From Octopus bimaculoides (taxonomy: Eukaryota), in NCBI RefSeq assembly GCF_001194135.2, contig NC_068990.1, positions 33,324,149 to 33,388,148 on the forward strand: a DNA stretch of 64,000 bases. Reading direction: 5' to 3'. Of the stretch, positions 50,375-62,879 are shown one piece after another (position 1 is the stretch's first letter; every line of letters starts with the position of its first letter). Position numbers and translations under genes: made by a program. Below the pieces are notes generated by a model. The model made no database searches. It was not told where the DNA came from and saw only the letters and a list, made by a program, of their open reading frames with translations.

Positions 50375-50640
50375 TGGCCTAGTCATTATGGTGTTGTACG
50401 CACAATCAAGAGATTGTGGTTTCAAATCCTGGATCAGGTGACACATTGTGTTTCTGTGCCTAAGACTTCATCTCACATTGTTCTGTGATCACTTGGACAC
50501 CTGAGATGTGATACACCATTCACCTGTTCAGGCAACGTCGATTAGATGGAGGGACTGAGTTAATGCACAGCACAAACATTTAATCCCTATAAACAAATCA
50601 TTTGCACAAGTTGCTAAGCAAGGAAGTGCAGAACTATCTT
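50375..50640 (+). mobile_element. tRNA-derived SINE, family D variant
   Basis: GCATGGCCTAGTCATTATGGTGTTG...GGTTTCAAATCCTGGATCAGGTGACACATTGTGT...TCTCACATTGTTCTGTGATCAC. Confidence 0.75.
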
Positions 50641-50666
50641 TCTCAGACTACGAGAGACAACCATCA

Positions 50667-50713
<47 letters not shown>

Positions 50714-50759
50714 NNNNNNNNNNAAACATGTATATACATATGAATAATAAATAAATAAA

Positions 50760-51132
50760 TAAATTGCTGATGACAGCACCGCCTGACTGGCATCCATGCT
50801 AGTGGAACGTTAAGAGCACCATCCAAGCATGATCATTGCCAGGGCTGGCTGGTTGGACTTCCACTGGACTGGCACCTGTGCAGGTGGCATATAAAAAACA
50901 CCATTCGAGCATGGTCGTTGCCAGTACTGCCTGACTGGCCCGCGTGCTGGTGGCATGTAAATGCACTCACTACACTCTTGGAGTGGTTGGAATTAGGAAG
51001 GGCATCCAGCTGTAGAAACTCTGCCAGATCAGATTGGAGCCTGGTGCAGCCATCCGGTTCACCAGTCCTCAGTCAAATCGTCCAACCCATGCAAGCATGG
51101 AAAGCGGACATTAATCAATGATGATGATAATG

Positions 51133-51135
<3 letters not shown>
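50760..51135 (+). mobile_element. SINE family C, long copy
   Basis: ...GGAATTAGGAAGGGCATCCAGCTGTAGAAACTCTGCCAGATCAGATTGGAGCCTGGTGCAGCC...GCATGGAAAGCGGACATTAA(TGA)n. Confidence 0.88.
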
Positions 51136-51180
<45 letters not shown>

Positions 51181-51513
51181 ATCTAGACATACACATACAT
51201 ACATACACACACAAATAGTGAGATAGGGCTAGGAATTCATTAACAGGCAAATATCACTGTGCAATTTTACTTACAAGCTCTAATCAACTTAATTATGAAG
51301 TTCATCAGTGTGGCAAAAACAAAAAAAAAACAAAACAAAAAGAACATTGACAACATGTCCAATATAAGTTTTACAATTGGAATTAGTCAGGCATCAGAAT
51401 CTTCCGTGTAGGTTCTTCCGAAACAAGCTGTTGACATAGAATAAGAAATGAAGATTTGCAAAGCAGAAACAAAGAAATGTTTACATCTATAAATAAGTAA
51501 AATAAGTACATAT

Positions 51514-51562
<49 letters not shown>

Positions 51563-51585
51563 TGTATTCAAATGGTTGTGTGTAG

Positions 51586-51619
<34 letters not shown>

Positions 51620-52814
51620 TTATATACATATATATATATACATATATACACAAACATATATATATATGAATACATATATGTATATATATATATATGTATA
51701 TATACATATATATAAAGAAAAGGTAGGTGGGGGTCAATGTAATTATCTGTAGGAGTCAATCAAAGTGAAGCAGAAATTAAACAAAACTTGAATTGGTTCA
51801 AATGTGACTTGTAACAAAGTTTTGGCACAGGAAATTAAACTATGTTGACACAGCAACTAATTAAATAATAGCACCCTTAAAACATCCTAAACAACAACAA
51901 CAACAACGACAATAACAACAATAATCTAAAAGAAAAGAAAATTACTTTATGACTCTCAACGTTGGATTGTTTGATTTTGTTGAGTTTTTAATGAAACTTT
52001 TTTATTTTTGTTATTTAACAATTGTTTTACATCAATTTTGTAATTTCTCTTTCAGAACTCCTCTCTGCTCTGCTCACTCCTTGCTCATACCACCACCACC
52101 ACCGATACATGATTCCTTCATTTCTCTGTGTTTTAACATGGTTATTCTTTAGCATTTGGCCATTATCACTACTTCAGTTTTATCTCCTTAATTTAGACAT
52201 TCGACCAACATGCTGAAATATTCACAAACTTTAATGAATGAGCAGATTCAATAAATATTAATTCAGCCAACAACATGCCTGCTTGTTTTTCAGGTTACAA
52301 ACCACCTCCACACCAAAACCATTGCCAACACCACATATCGAATACTACCACCTCCACCACCACATCAACTACCACCACCACCTCCACACCTACCACTACC
52401 ATAACCACCACAATCTATGCCTCTTTCAGTATTTTTACACATATCTCATTTGCAGAAAATTAATTAGTTTGTCTATCCAGAAGAACATATCTATGCATAC
52501 CCACACAGTTATGTATCTAGAAATGTATAGACATACACAAAGACAAATGTACATCCACAAACACACACACACACACACACAGAGCATACATACACATGTA
52601 ACACATTCACACACAGTTTGGTTGCTGATATGAAGTTGGACAAAAACCAAAGTTTGATCTTTCTTGTCAAACACAAACATATTAAAAGAAAAAAAGGGAA
52701 AATAACAAGTATAGAACACTGATTAGAAGGATGCAATACTTAGGATATGTGTATTATCTCACTTTATGTACATACATATGTACATATATACATCATACAT
52801 ACGTACATACATAC

Positions 52815-53075
52815 ATCATCATTATGATCGTTTAATGTCCGCTTTCCATGCTAGCATGGGTTGGACGATTTGACTGAGAACTGGTGAACCAGATCGCTAC
52901 ACCAGGCTCCAATCTGATTTGGCAGAGTTTCTACAGCTGGATGCCCTTCCTAACACCAACCACTCCGAGAGAGTAGTTGGTGCTTTTATGTGCCACCGGC
53001 ACAAAGGCCAGTCAGGAGGTACCGGCAACGGCCACGCTCAAAATGGTGTATTTTATGTGCCACCTGCACAGGAAA
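52815..53075 (-). mobile_element. SINE family C
   Basis: Reverse complement of the 50760-51135 body. Confidence 0.88.
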
Positions 53076-53544
53076 TACATCAATTTGTTCCTGAGAAAGA
53101 AAGGAAATACAAAAACTCATGAAATTTAGCCCAGACAGCTTGATGTATTGTGGAATAGTCAACAGCATTGGAGAGCATAAAGGTTAAAATTATAGCTGAG
53201 GAAAAGTTAGCTGACATGGAGGACTGAAAACCATTGGAATATTAGGAAAGATGATGGTTCATGCTGGGTATCAAAATGTTAACATTATGACTGCTGCTCT
53301 GTAAACACTATAAAGGCTGAAAGATGTGACATGGACAGCTACATTGGAGACTACAAAGCTGTGGCCAGCAAGCAGGAGCACAGTAAGCATTCTGATAGCA
53401 ACCAATTACCAAGATTCATCCAACAACTGATGAACAGGGCCTTAGGCTCAATTCAGATGGCTGTGAAGCTGCTGGGGACTATGGTTGAACCTTGACTGGA
53501 GGGGATTACTACTAGATTCAGTTCCTTGCCATAGCTTCCAGAAA

Positions 53545-53815
53545 GAGTCAGGTTTGTCTGAGAATTTCTACGATTTCTCCAGCTGCAATTTCAGGGGTCC
53601 TAATTCTTCTGATTGAAATCCCATGTATTATTCTGTGTGAGGCACAGCTGAGAAAGACACCAACCACTCTGTTTGAAATTCCAAGACAAAGCTGGTGGCC
53701 AAGGTCAAAGAGGTGTTTGAAGATTTTCTCAGGGACAGTGAAGAATGCATGCAACAGGTTCCAGAGCCATCTTGGGGCCATGATAGAAGCTGAGGGTAGC
53801 TACTTTGAGCAATCT
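53545..53815 (+). mobile_element. Tc1/mariner-superfamily (Tc1/maT-like) transposase C-terminal remnant
   Basis: ...GPNSSD*NPMYYSV*GTAEKDTN...KLVAKVKEVF / TVKNACNRFQSHLGAMIEAEGSYFE, corresponding to 'WPPNSPDLNPMDY..WG...ACSRFR.RLEAVIEA.G.YFE'. Confidence 0.85.
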
Positions 53816-53922
53816 GTTATCTCTCAGCCTTCATCTAGTACAAAAGATACTTTTATTTTTCGATGGGATACTGTGTTTTTTTTCCTTTTATGCAAACAGT
53901 CAAATTTAGCCAGAACCCTCTA

Positions 53923-53956
<34 letters not shown>

Positions 53957-53984
53957 CATACATACATATATACATACATATACA

Positions 53985-54112
53985 TGGGGGCCACTCTGCC
54001 AGATCAGATTGGAGCCTGGTGCAGCCATTTGGCTCACTAGTCCCCAGTCAAACCGTCCAACCCATGCCAGCATGGAAAGCAGACAGTAAACGATGATGAT
54101 GATAATGATGAT
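53985..54112 (+). mobile_element. SINE family C, 3' fragment
   Basis: ACTCTGCCAGATCAGATTGGAGCCTGGTGCAGCC...CCAACCCATGCCAGCATGGAAAGCAGAC-GTAAACGATGATGAT. Confidence 0.85.
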
Positions 54113-54172
54113 ATATATNNNNNNNNNNNNNNNNNNNNNNNNNNNNNNNNNNNNNNNNNNNNNNNNNNNNNN

Positions 54173-54221
<49 letters not shown>

Positions 54222-55194
54222 ACATGGCTCTAAATACTGTGCAACAATACAGTATATTGGGCAAGAGCTTTCTAACTTTCTAACTTTCTAATTTTCAGCT
54301 TACAATAAATAATATATATATGTATGCTATGTCTTTATTTCAGTCATTAGACTACAGACATGATGAGACACTGCTTTGAAGTATTTTAGTCAAATGAATC
54401 AACCCCAGTGGTCAATCCTTAATTCATATCTAGCACTTCAATTTAATTTATATGAAGCAATACAATATATTGTTATTTTACTGACCAAAATTAATCTAAT
54501 TTTGTCTAGTTTCAACTTTCCATACATTGCGAAGAAGAAATTTTGGCTGTGTATATTTAGAGTAAACATGATGTTCTGGTGATCTGATAAGCTAGCTAGA
54601 TTTATTTGCATTAATTTGTGAATATGCAGTTGTATTTTGTAATGCTGATCATACATATTGACACAAATATGTAGGCATAATTTTTTCCATACTGAAATTA
54701 ATATTACATGAAAAAAGTAGTGAATTAGCTATTATACAATGGAAGTTACATGGCTAAATAAATATATATTTACCTCCTGACGTCACCAAGAGATGACTGC
54801 AAGAGAAGCTTTTCTTGGATTATATTTCTTCTCAATGTTCTTTTTGTATGCATTCGTGTAAAGGAAATATTTTCTTAGTTCACTTTGAATTTTACTAATT
54901 TTGGATCACCTTGAAAACATTGTGTTAGCATATATTTTCTGATATATTAATTCGAATGATATTTTTTATATCTAAATTTGTTGATACAGTAGAAGTGATT
55001 GTCAACTTTGTATGGTGAATTCAACGATGGAAGATGAGATCTTCTCTATCCTTATTTTTGTTATGGGTTTAGTGGGTTTAGTGAAGAGTAAAATAATCCA
55101 AATAATGTCTTATTAAATTATTTCTTTGTCTTATTATTTTGATTATATATATATATATCGTTTGTAGAAAACATAAATCCCAAAAAGGAGCACA

Positions 55195-55215
55195 CTCTAA
55201 GATGTAGAGCAGTAT

Positions 55216-55254
<39 letters not shown>

Positions 55255-55375
55255 GAGAATGTACGAGAAAAAAACAATAACAGACGAGGACAGGTGGTGT
55301 AAACAACAAAAGGATGTATTAGTATGACGCTCGGGAATACGGAAAGTCTTTAACGTTTCGAGCTACGCTTTTCAA
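55195..55375 (-). mobile_element. (AT)n-linked short element with partial hammerhead-like motif
   Basis: Minus strand reads AAGC-GTA-GCTC GAAACGTT aaag; the GAAAC and ACGT palindrome are intact and the 5' core is truncated. The body is related to 11575. Confidence 0.6.
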
Positions 55376-56212
55376 TATATATATATATTTATACATGTGT
55401 AGAGAGACAGACAGAGAGTAATAATTGGGATGGCTATGTCTTTAGATATAATGTAAATACATTTTTCAAGTAAAATGTCTAAAAGTAGTCAATGTTCATA
55501 AAACAAATTTTTGTTAGGGTAATAATGTAGGAAGGGCTCAGACTTAAAGACACTAGAAAATAAGATCATAATATATGTTATATCCTATATATAATGTATA
55601 TATATATATATAAGTATACTAAATATAAGTTTTCTACACACAAGGTTATGTTTTTACCACTCTCAGCACTAAAATAATTCAGTTATTTTACTGACAAATA
55701 TTTTACAAGCAAAATAATCATAACAGGATTTCTACAATTTTGGCTTCTTCCATTAGACTTGTGGTATTAATCCTTACATTTTTCTGGCATTGTATAATAA
55801 AAGAAAATAAATGATAAGGCTTCCTCTTTCTTGTCAACTCACACAGGTACTGCACCATTAATTTTATTGCTGTTAGTAGGAGAAACACTAACTTGTGTTT
55901 GGTGAAAATATATGTAGCATATATCATTTAGTTTGTAAATGAAATTTCAATACTATATTGTAACTATTTTCTATTTCATGAATCATCTATGGATTGAAGA
56001 AAGAGGAAAGTATGGGGGTGACAGCATTGAAAATAGAGAGTGATTGAATTGTATGCTAATGAGTATGCTGTGAAGCATGTTTTGTTCAAGTTAACTCCCA
56101 TCTTGTCCTTCAAGTTACAAATTTTTCTTTGCTCATGGTTATACAGAGTTGGCCAAAAGTCCCCTGACAGTAAATCAAAGCCATTTAATACCAAGATGCA
56201 TTTATGTTTAAA

Positions 56213-56732
56213 AACAGGAGTGGCTGTATGGTAAGGAGCTTGCTTCCCAAACATATGGTTCCAGGTTCAGTCCCATTGCGCGGCACCTTGGCAAAGTGTC
56301 TTCTTCATAACTTACTGGGAATTCCTAAAAACAAAATCCTGTGTAAGACAGTTCAGCATTCTCTGTAAGTGCACAAAAACCGTTTTAAGGGCTACATACT
56401 TTGTATTGTTGTTACTGGATTAGTGAAACAATTATGAGAATGGAACCAAGGGATAAGTCCTGCTTTCCCGGGAATTACTGAGTACATCAGCTAGTATATA
56501 AATATATGTGTGTGTATATGTATATGTTTGTATGCCTGTGTTTGTCCCCCCACAATCACTTGACAACTGATGCTAGTGTTTTTACATCCCTGTAACTTTG
56601 CGGTCCTTCAAAAGACATCAATAGAATAAGTACAAGGCTTACAAAGAATAAGTCTTGGGGTCTATTTGCTTGACTAAAAAGGTGGTGCTCCAGCATGGCT
56701 ACAGTCAAATGACTGAAACAAATAAAAAAATA
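56213..56732 (+). mobile_element. SINE family B split into head (56213-56305) and body/tail (56505-56732) by ~200 bp of unrelated sequence
   Basis: The head GGAGTGGCTGTATGGTAAGGAGCTTGCTTCCC...GGCAAAGTGTCTTCT stops where the other copies continue ACTATAGCC. Homology resumes at the (GT)n/TTTGTCCCCCCAC block. Confidence 0.8.
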
Positions 56733-56989
56733 ACTGAATGGATTTAATAAAAGCATCTAAATATGAAACATCATGAAAATTTTTCAAACTGAAGTCCTTC
56801 TTGAGTGACACATTTTTCCATTTGAGTCAATACAGAATTACAGATAGTATTCATGGAATTTTGATTTACTGTCGGGTGACTTATGGCCAACTCTGTATTT
56901 TCTTCTGTTTTGGATTTATATCTTAATGTAGAATATTTATGTAATTAAGTATGTTGTAACAAAACTACTGTATTTCAGAAATAAAATTT

Positions 56990-57325
56990 ACACCCAGTAG
57001 TGGGGCTCTGAAAGGGGTCTCAAGGAGTAGCATCCCTGCCTTTCTGAGCTAGTTTTCCACCACATTCCTTAAAAATCATAGTAGAGGCCTTGATCTTGGG
57101 GACCACTCATGTGTAGAAACTGAAGTTGGGGGTAAGCAAGGGCATGCTCTCCGCAGAAAATCCAGCTCTAAAAAAGCCTCATGATAGCAAAGGAGAATGG
57201 GCACCAACCAGCCAGCCAGCCCAAAGGTTGGGGTGGGCTGCACCTGCCTCCCTTGGTTGCTATGGCATTGTGGTAAATCTGGCCACCTCAGTTAATGGGG
57301 ACGAATTAACTGGATGATGATGATT
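56990..57325 (+). mobile_element. Interspersed repeat family E (longer copy)
   Basis: Homologous to 7090-7320; ends in (GAT)n. Confidence 0.75.
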
Positions 57326-57735
57326 AAGTGATAAAAAGTTTGCTTTCCAACCATGTGGTTCTAGGTTCAGTTCTACTGTATGACACCTTGAAAAAGTGTC
57401 TTCTACTGTAGCCTTGGGTCAACCAAAGCTTTGTGAGTGAATTTCATAGAAACTGAAAGAAACCCATCATATGTGTGTGTATGTGTGTGTGTGTGTGCAC
57501 ATGTGTGTGTGTATGTCTTGTGTCAGTTTGTCCCTACCATTGCTTGACAACTGGAATTGGCTTGTTTCCATCCCTGTAACTCAGCAGTTCAGTAAAAGAG
57601 ACCAATAAAATAAGTACCAGACTAAAAAAAATACAAAATGAGTACTGAGGGTAGTGATTCATTTGACTAAAATTCTTCATGGCGATGCTCCAGCATGGCT
57701 GCAGTCTAATGACTGAAACAAGCAAAAGAATAAAA
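57326..57735 (+). mobile_element. tRNA-derived SINE, family B
   Basis: TTTGCTTTCCAACCATGTGGTTCTAGGTTCAGTTC...GGCGATGCTCCAGCATGGCTGCAGTCTAATGACTGAAACAAGCAAAAGA. Confidence 0.85.
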
Positions 57736-58396
57736 GAAAAAATATAAAAATTGCTATCCAAAGAAGTGGAAGTCAGATAAAAGCCGATATCATGTTTAGA
57801 ATGTTAAATACATTACAGTATTTAGCTTCACTTGAGATTTGTATTTATGTGTGTATGAGTGAAAGATGGTGGTCATATCAATAGATTACATCACTTCCTA
57901 TTGATCGCTTTCACTTAGTATCCATGTGTGATCATCCATGTTGATCTCATTCCCAAATTCTAGTCAAATCAATATACTATATCATTTACCCTTGAACAGT
58001 TCATGTCACATATGATCAAATGGAATCAGGTTCAGACAAATTTCATTAAAGACAATTATTTTTTTTATGTCAAATAGTTTACTATTGTATTGATGGCAGG
58101 GAAATGAAGAGAATGAATAATTTTGTTAGTAAGCAAAATAATGACCAAGAATAATTCTTATCATATCTAGAATAAGCTTCGGATACATTAATATATATTA
58201 ACAAAAACCAAATAATATTTAAGAACCAAATTTGTATATATTTTGATGGATTGTTGCTTTAACCTTTGGTCCATGACTGTGCTGTTCCTCAATATGCCTT
58301 TTGTACAGCTACTTCAGAGGCCTCTGTTCTTTAGAATTAGCTGGTGTCTTGCTACCACCATTCAGGCTCTCTCACCCCACTTGTCTCTCTTGGTGG

Positions 58397-58625
58397 AGGC
58401 ACACAGCTTAGTGGTTAGTGTGTTGGAGTCATGATCATAAGATTGAAGTTTTGATTCCTGGATCATTCTATGCATGTTCTTGAGCAAAACACTCCATTTC
58501 ATGTTGCTCCAGTTCACTCAGCTGGCAAAAATGAGTAATCCTGTGATGGATGATGGACTGGCATCCCATCCAAGTAGGGAATTTATATGCCATGAAACTG
58601 GGAAACTTTAGAAGGTAACTTTGCC
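58397..58625 (+). mobile_element. tRNA-derived SINE, family D
   Basis: Highly similar to 24784-25035. Confidence 0.85.
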
Positions 58626-58821
58626 TTTACTTATGCTTGTCTTCCGTGCTCTTGTGACCTGCTGCTCCAGATCCCCTTAAACCACTTTCCCAAATCCTTC
58701 TTCTGCAGGATGTTATTCCACTGAAGTTCCCTTTTATGCTTTTTCTACAATTGTCAACCAACAGAAATAAAAGCAACTGCACAAAAACCCTGCATCTCTG
58801 AAGGCACAATGCTCCTATCTT

Positions 58822-58824
58822 CAC

Positions 58825-58877
<53 letters not shown>

Positions 58878-59036
58878 TAATAATAATAAAATACTTCATG
58901 CTAACAGAAACCACTCAACTCAGCTGTAATCTATAGTTTTAAATATGAAGTGGTTTATGTGACATAAAAAAAAGTGCAGTGACTGATGAAGGGTTTTGGA
59001 TAAAGATAATAACAAAATCAGACCACTGATTTACAA

Positions 59037-59128
<92 letters not shown>

Positions 59129-59130
59129 AA
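58822..59130. repeat. (AAT)n microsatellites (58822-58888, 59036-59128; also 59815-59942)
   Basis: Visible directly in the sequence. Confidence 0.95.
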
Positions 59131-59815
59131 ATAAATAAATAAAATAATAAAAATAAAGAAATGAAGTACAGTTTTTTTTTTTTTTAATTTGTAAAGTGAA
59201 GTTCCAGTAGAGGAAAATAACATCATTGACAAAATGGTTTCTGTTCTGTATTTCTTGCAATGTTGGTTGTTTAGTTTAACAAAAACTAAATAAATCAGTA
59301 GTCAGTCTAGTTGGAGCCTCACTCTTGTTCAGTAGGAAAATCCAACATTACTTCGAAAAACAAGTGAGTATTAAAAGAAATGTATGTATAAAATATGCCA
59401 CCTGGAGATGTGGTTTAATTATGAAATGTAGAAGACAAAATTGACAATTTGAAGAAACTCTAATGCTGTTAGTGAAGTGTCCTCTTAAACATTAATTATT
59501 TTGTTTAAGAAATATGGAGAAAAAAAAAACAAGGAAAAAAACACAAAGAAAGAAAAATAAATAAAACATTGTGAAATAATAATAATAATAATAATAATAA
59601 TTACAAGAAAAAACTAAATTTGACAAAAATAAAAGTGGTGCCTGATTAAAATAAACATGATAAAACATGGCATAGTTTCCCCAGTTGGTTTAAATTGAAA
59701 AGGAATTTCAGATGTAAGTTGGAGTGAAAAACTAAACATAAAGCATATAAAACATTCATTTAGAAATTGTAAACTTATTATTATTATTATTGTTATCCTC
59801 ATCTTTATTATTATC

Positions 59816-59865
<50 letters not shown>

Positions 59866-59882
59866 TGATGATGATGATAATG

Positions 59883-59944
<62 letters not shown>

Positions 59945-61084
59945 CACTTTTTTTTAGAATGTTATCGTTATTGGAAGTTGCTTGGAATATTGAATATTGG
60001 AGAAAATGTAAAACCATTGAATTACTGAGATGAAATTAAAAGAAATGATGAAATGGGAATAAACCAATTCTAAGAAAGAAATATCTATGATGGTAAGAAG
60101 TGTGTGTAAGCGAGTTTGTATGTGTGTGTGTATATGTGGTTGGTATGGTGGAAAAGGTGTGGGTGAACATTAGACATTTCATTATGAAGATGTTGTGTAC
60201 TGAGAGCAAGATATAAACTATTAGATACATTATTTTTTTTTTCTTTTCTTCTGTTTCTTCTTCTGTCAGAAACTAGGGTTAGGGTATGGCAAAGGTTGGT
60301 AATATATTGAAGACTTTCTTTGTCTCTTGCACTATTGGTGCTTCGTTCTAAGTTTGTTTTTTTGTTGTTGTTTGTTTGTTTGTTTAACATTTTAAAAATG
60401 TATGAAATAAAATTACAAAAGTAAACTGAAGTGAAAAAAATAAACTTACAAGCGAAAACAAAACAACCCCTCAGAACTGTAATAAAATAACATTCGAAAG
60501 ACGTAGAATGTTTGGAGAAAGTTGCTTGTTATCTAGATTAAGTATTGTTGCAGGCAATCTTCAAATAAAGAGGAAGGGACTAGTTGTTAGAATAAAAATC
60601 AATTCCTGATATTTTATTGAGTTTTTCTTGTTGTTTATATTTTGTATATATTTGCAGCTTAAGTGCAACAGAGAAAGCAGCCTTGTTATGCTGCTGGGAT
60701 AATAGCAAAGAAGAAATATATATTGTATTAATTTATTTATTGAAAAACTTGTTGCTAGCATACAAGTTGTAATTCAGAAGTAAGTCAATGTATACAAGAT
60801 ACTAATCTAAAACTTTGATTTGAGAGATGAAGTTATTTACATGACAATGAATTCTAATTCCTTCCTTATGATTTTTTTTTTTTTTTTTTTTTAGATACAA
60901 AGCTCCTTCTTTTTTGACTTGCGTGAATATTGTTGATATACTCAACCGCAACATATTACCAATATTCAGTCTGCTGACGTTAAAGAGATGACAAGTTACT
61001 GGCTTGGATAGTTGACTGTTTTAAATGCCATACTCTCCTATAAATGACACATCGTTGCCATTTATCATACATGGCCTGTAGTAA

Positions 61085-61263
61085 AGCACCACTACCACTA
61101 CAACCACTACTACCACTACTACCACTATAATCATCATCATCGTCATCATCATCACCATTACTGTCATCATCATCATCATTGTCATCACTGTCACCATCAT
61201 CATAATCATTGTAATCATCACCATTACTATTGTCACCAGTCATCATCATCATCGTCGTCATCG

Positions 61264-61294
<31 letters not shown>

Positions 61295-61392
61295 TGTAAT
61301 CATCACCATTACTATTTTCACCACAGTCATCATCATCATCGTCATCATCATCATCATCATCATCATCGTCATCGTCGTCGTCGTCGTCGTCA
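61085..61392. repeat. Compound (CAT/CAC/CGT)n microsatellite
   Basis: Visible directly in the sequence. Confidence 0.95.
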
Positions 61393-62329
61393 ATGCTCAC
61401 TTTGCCAATTTTGCACGGTTCAGAAGAAAATTGTTGTGGCCGATTTTTCCGATGCTGACACCCTTCCTATCACCAATCNNNNNNNNNNNNNNNNNNNNNN
61501 NNNNNNNNNNNNNNNNNNNNNNNNNNNNNNNNNNNNNNNNNNNNNNNNNNNNNNNNNNNNNNNNNNNNNNNNNNNNNNNNNNNNNNNNNNNNNNNNNNNN
61601 NNNNNNNNNNNNNNNNNNNNNNNNNNNNNNNNNNNNNNNNNNNNNNNNNNNNNNNNNNNNNNNNNNNNNNNNNNNNNNNNNNNNNNNNNNNNNNNNNNNN
61701 NNNNNNNNNNNNNNNNNNNNNNNNNNNNNNNNNNNNNNNNNNNNNNNNNNNNNNNNNNNNNNNNNNNNNNNNNNNNNNNNNNNNNNNNNNNNNNNNNNNN
61801 NNNNNNNNNNNNNNNNNNNNNNNNNNNNNNNNNNNNNNNNNNNNNNNNNNNNNNNNNNNNNNNNNNNNNNNNNNNNNNNNNNNNNNNNNNNNNNNNNNNN
61901 NNNNNNNNNNNNNNNNNNNNNNNNNNNNNNNNNNNNNNNNNNNNNNNNNNNNNNNNNNNNNNNNNNNNNNNNNNNNNNNNNNNNNNNNNNNNNNNNNNNN
62001 NNNNNNNNNNNNNNNNNNNNNNNNNNNNNNNNNNNNNNNNNNNNNNNNNNNNNNNNNNNNNNNNNNNNNNNNNNNNNNNNNNNNNNNNNNNNNNNNNNNN
62101 NNNNNNNNNNNNNNNNNNNNNNNNNNNNNNNNNNNNNNNNNNNNNNNNNNNNNNNNNNNNNNNNNNNNNNNNNNNNNNNNNNNNNNNNNNNNNAATGAGA
62201 GAGGCAACTGTTCTTTAGAAAAGAGATGATCAAAGGTAAACTAGTATAACGAGTTGCTGTTTAGGTGCACTGAGTGGAGTTATATTAATGATAACTCTGG
62301 GAATGTCGATGATTGTATTTTGAAGTGAC

Positions 62330-62865
62330 ATGAGAGAGGGGGAGAAAGAGAGGAGGAGAAAGAGAGAGGGGAGAAAGGGGAAAGAGGAGAGAGAGAAAGA
62401 GGAGAGAGAGAAAGAGGAGAGAGAGAAAGAGAAGAGAGAGTGGTAGGAATGAGAAGAGAAAGAGAGGGGAGAGTGGTAGGAAAGAGAAGAGAAAGAGAGG
62501 AGAGAGCGATAGGAGAGAAAGAAAGAAAGAGAGAGGAGAGGGGGAGGAGAGATCGAAATAGAGAAGAGAGAGAGAGGAGAGGGAGGAGAGATCGAAATAG
62601 AGAGGAGAGAGAGAGAGAGAGGAGAGAGAGAGAGGAGAGAGAGAGGATAGGGGGAGGAGAGATCGAAATAGAGAGGAGAGAGAGAGAGGAGAGGGGGAGG
62701 AGAGAGAGAGGAGAGGGGGAGGAGAGATTGAATTAGAGGAGAGAGAGAGGAGAGAAAAAGAGAGATGAGAGAAAGAGAGAGGGGAAGAGAGAGAAAGAGA
62801 GAGGGGAAGAGAGAGAAAGAGAGAGAGAGAGAGACAAAGACAGAGGGAGAGAAAGAGAAGAGAAG
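62330..62865 (+). repeat. Degenerate (AG/GGA)-rich polypurine tract
   Basis: Visible directly in the sequence, with repeated GAGAGATCGAAATAGA sub-units. Confidence 0.93.
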
Positions 62866-62879
62866 TCTTCATCTACTGC

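Noticed and set aside
8754-62233. Long ORFs containing X runs in the ORF track
   Set aside because: They merely span assembly gaps and (AT)n/(GT)n repeats; there is no coding evidence.
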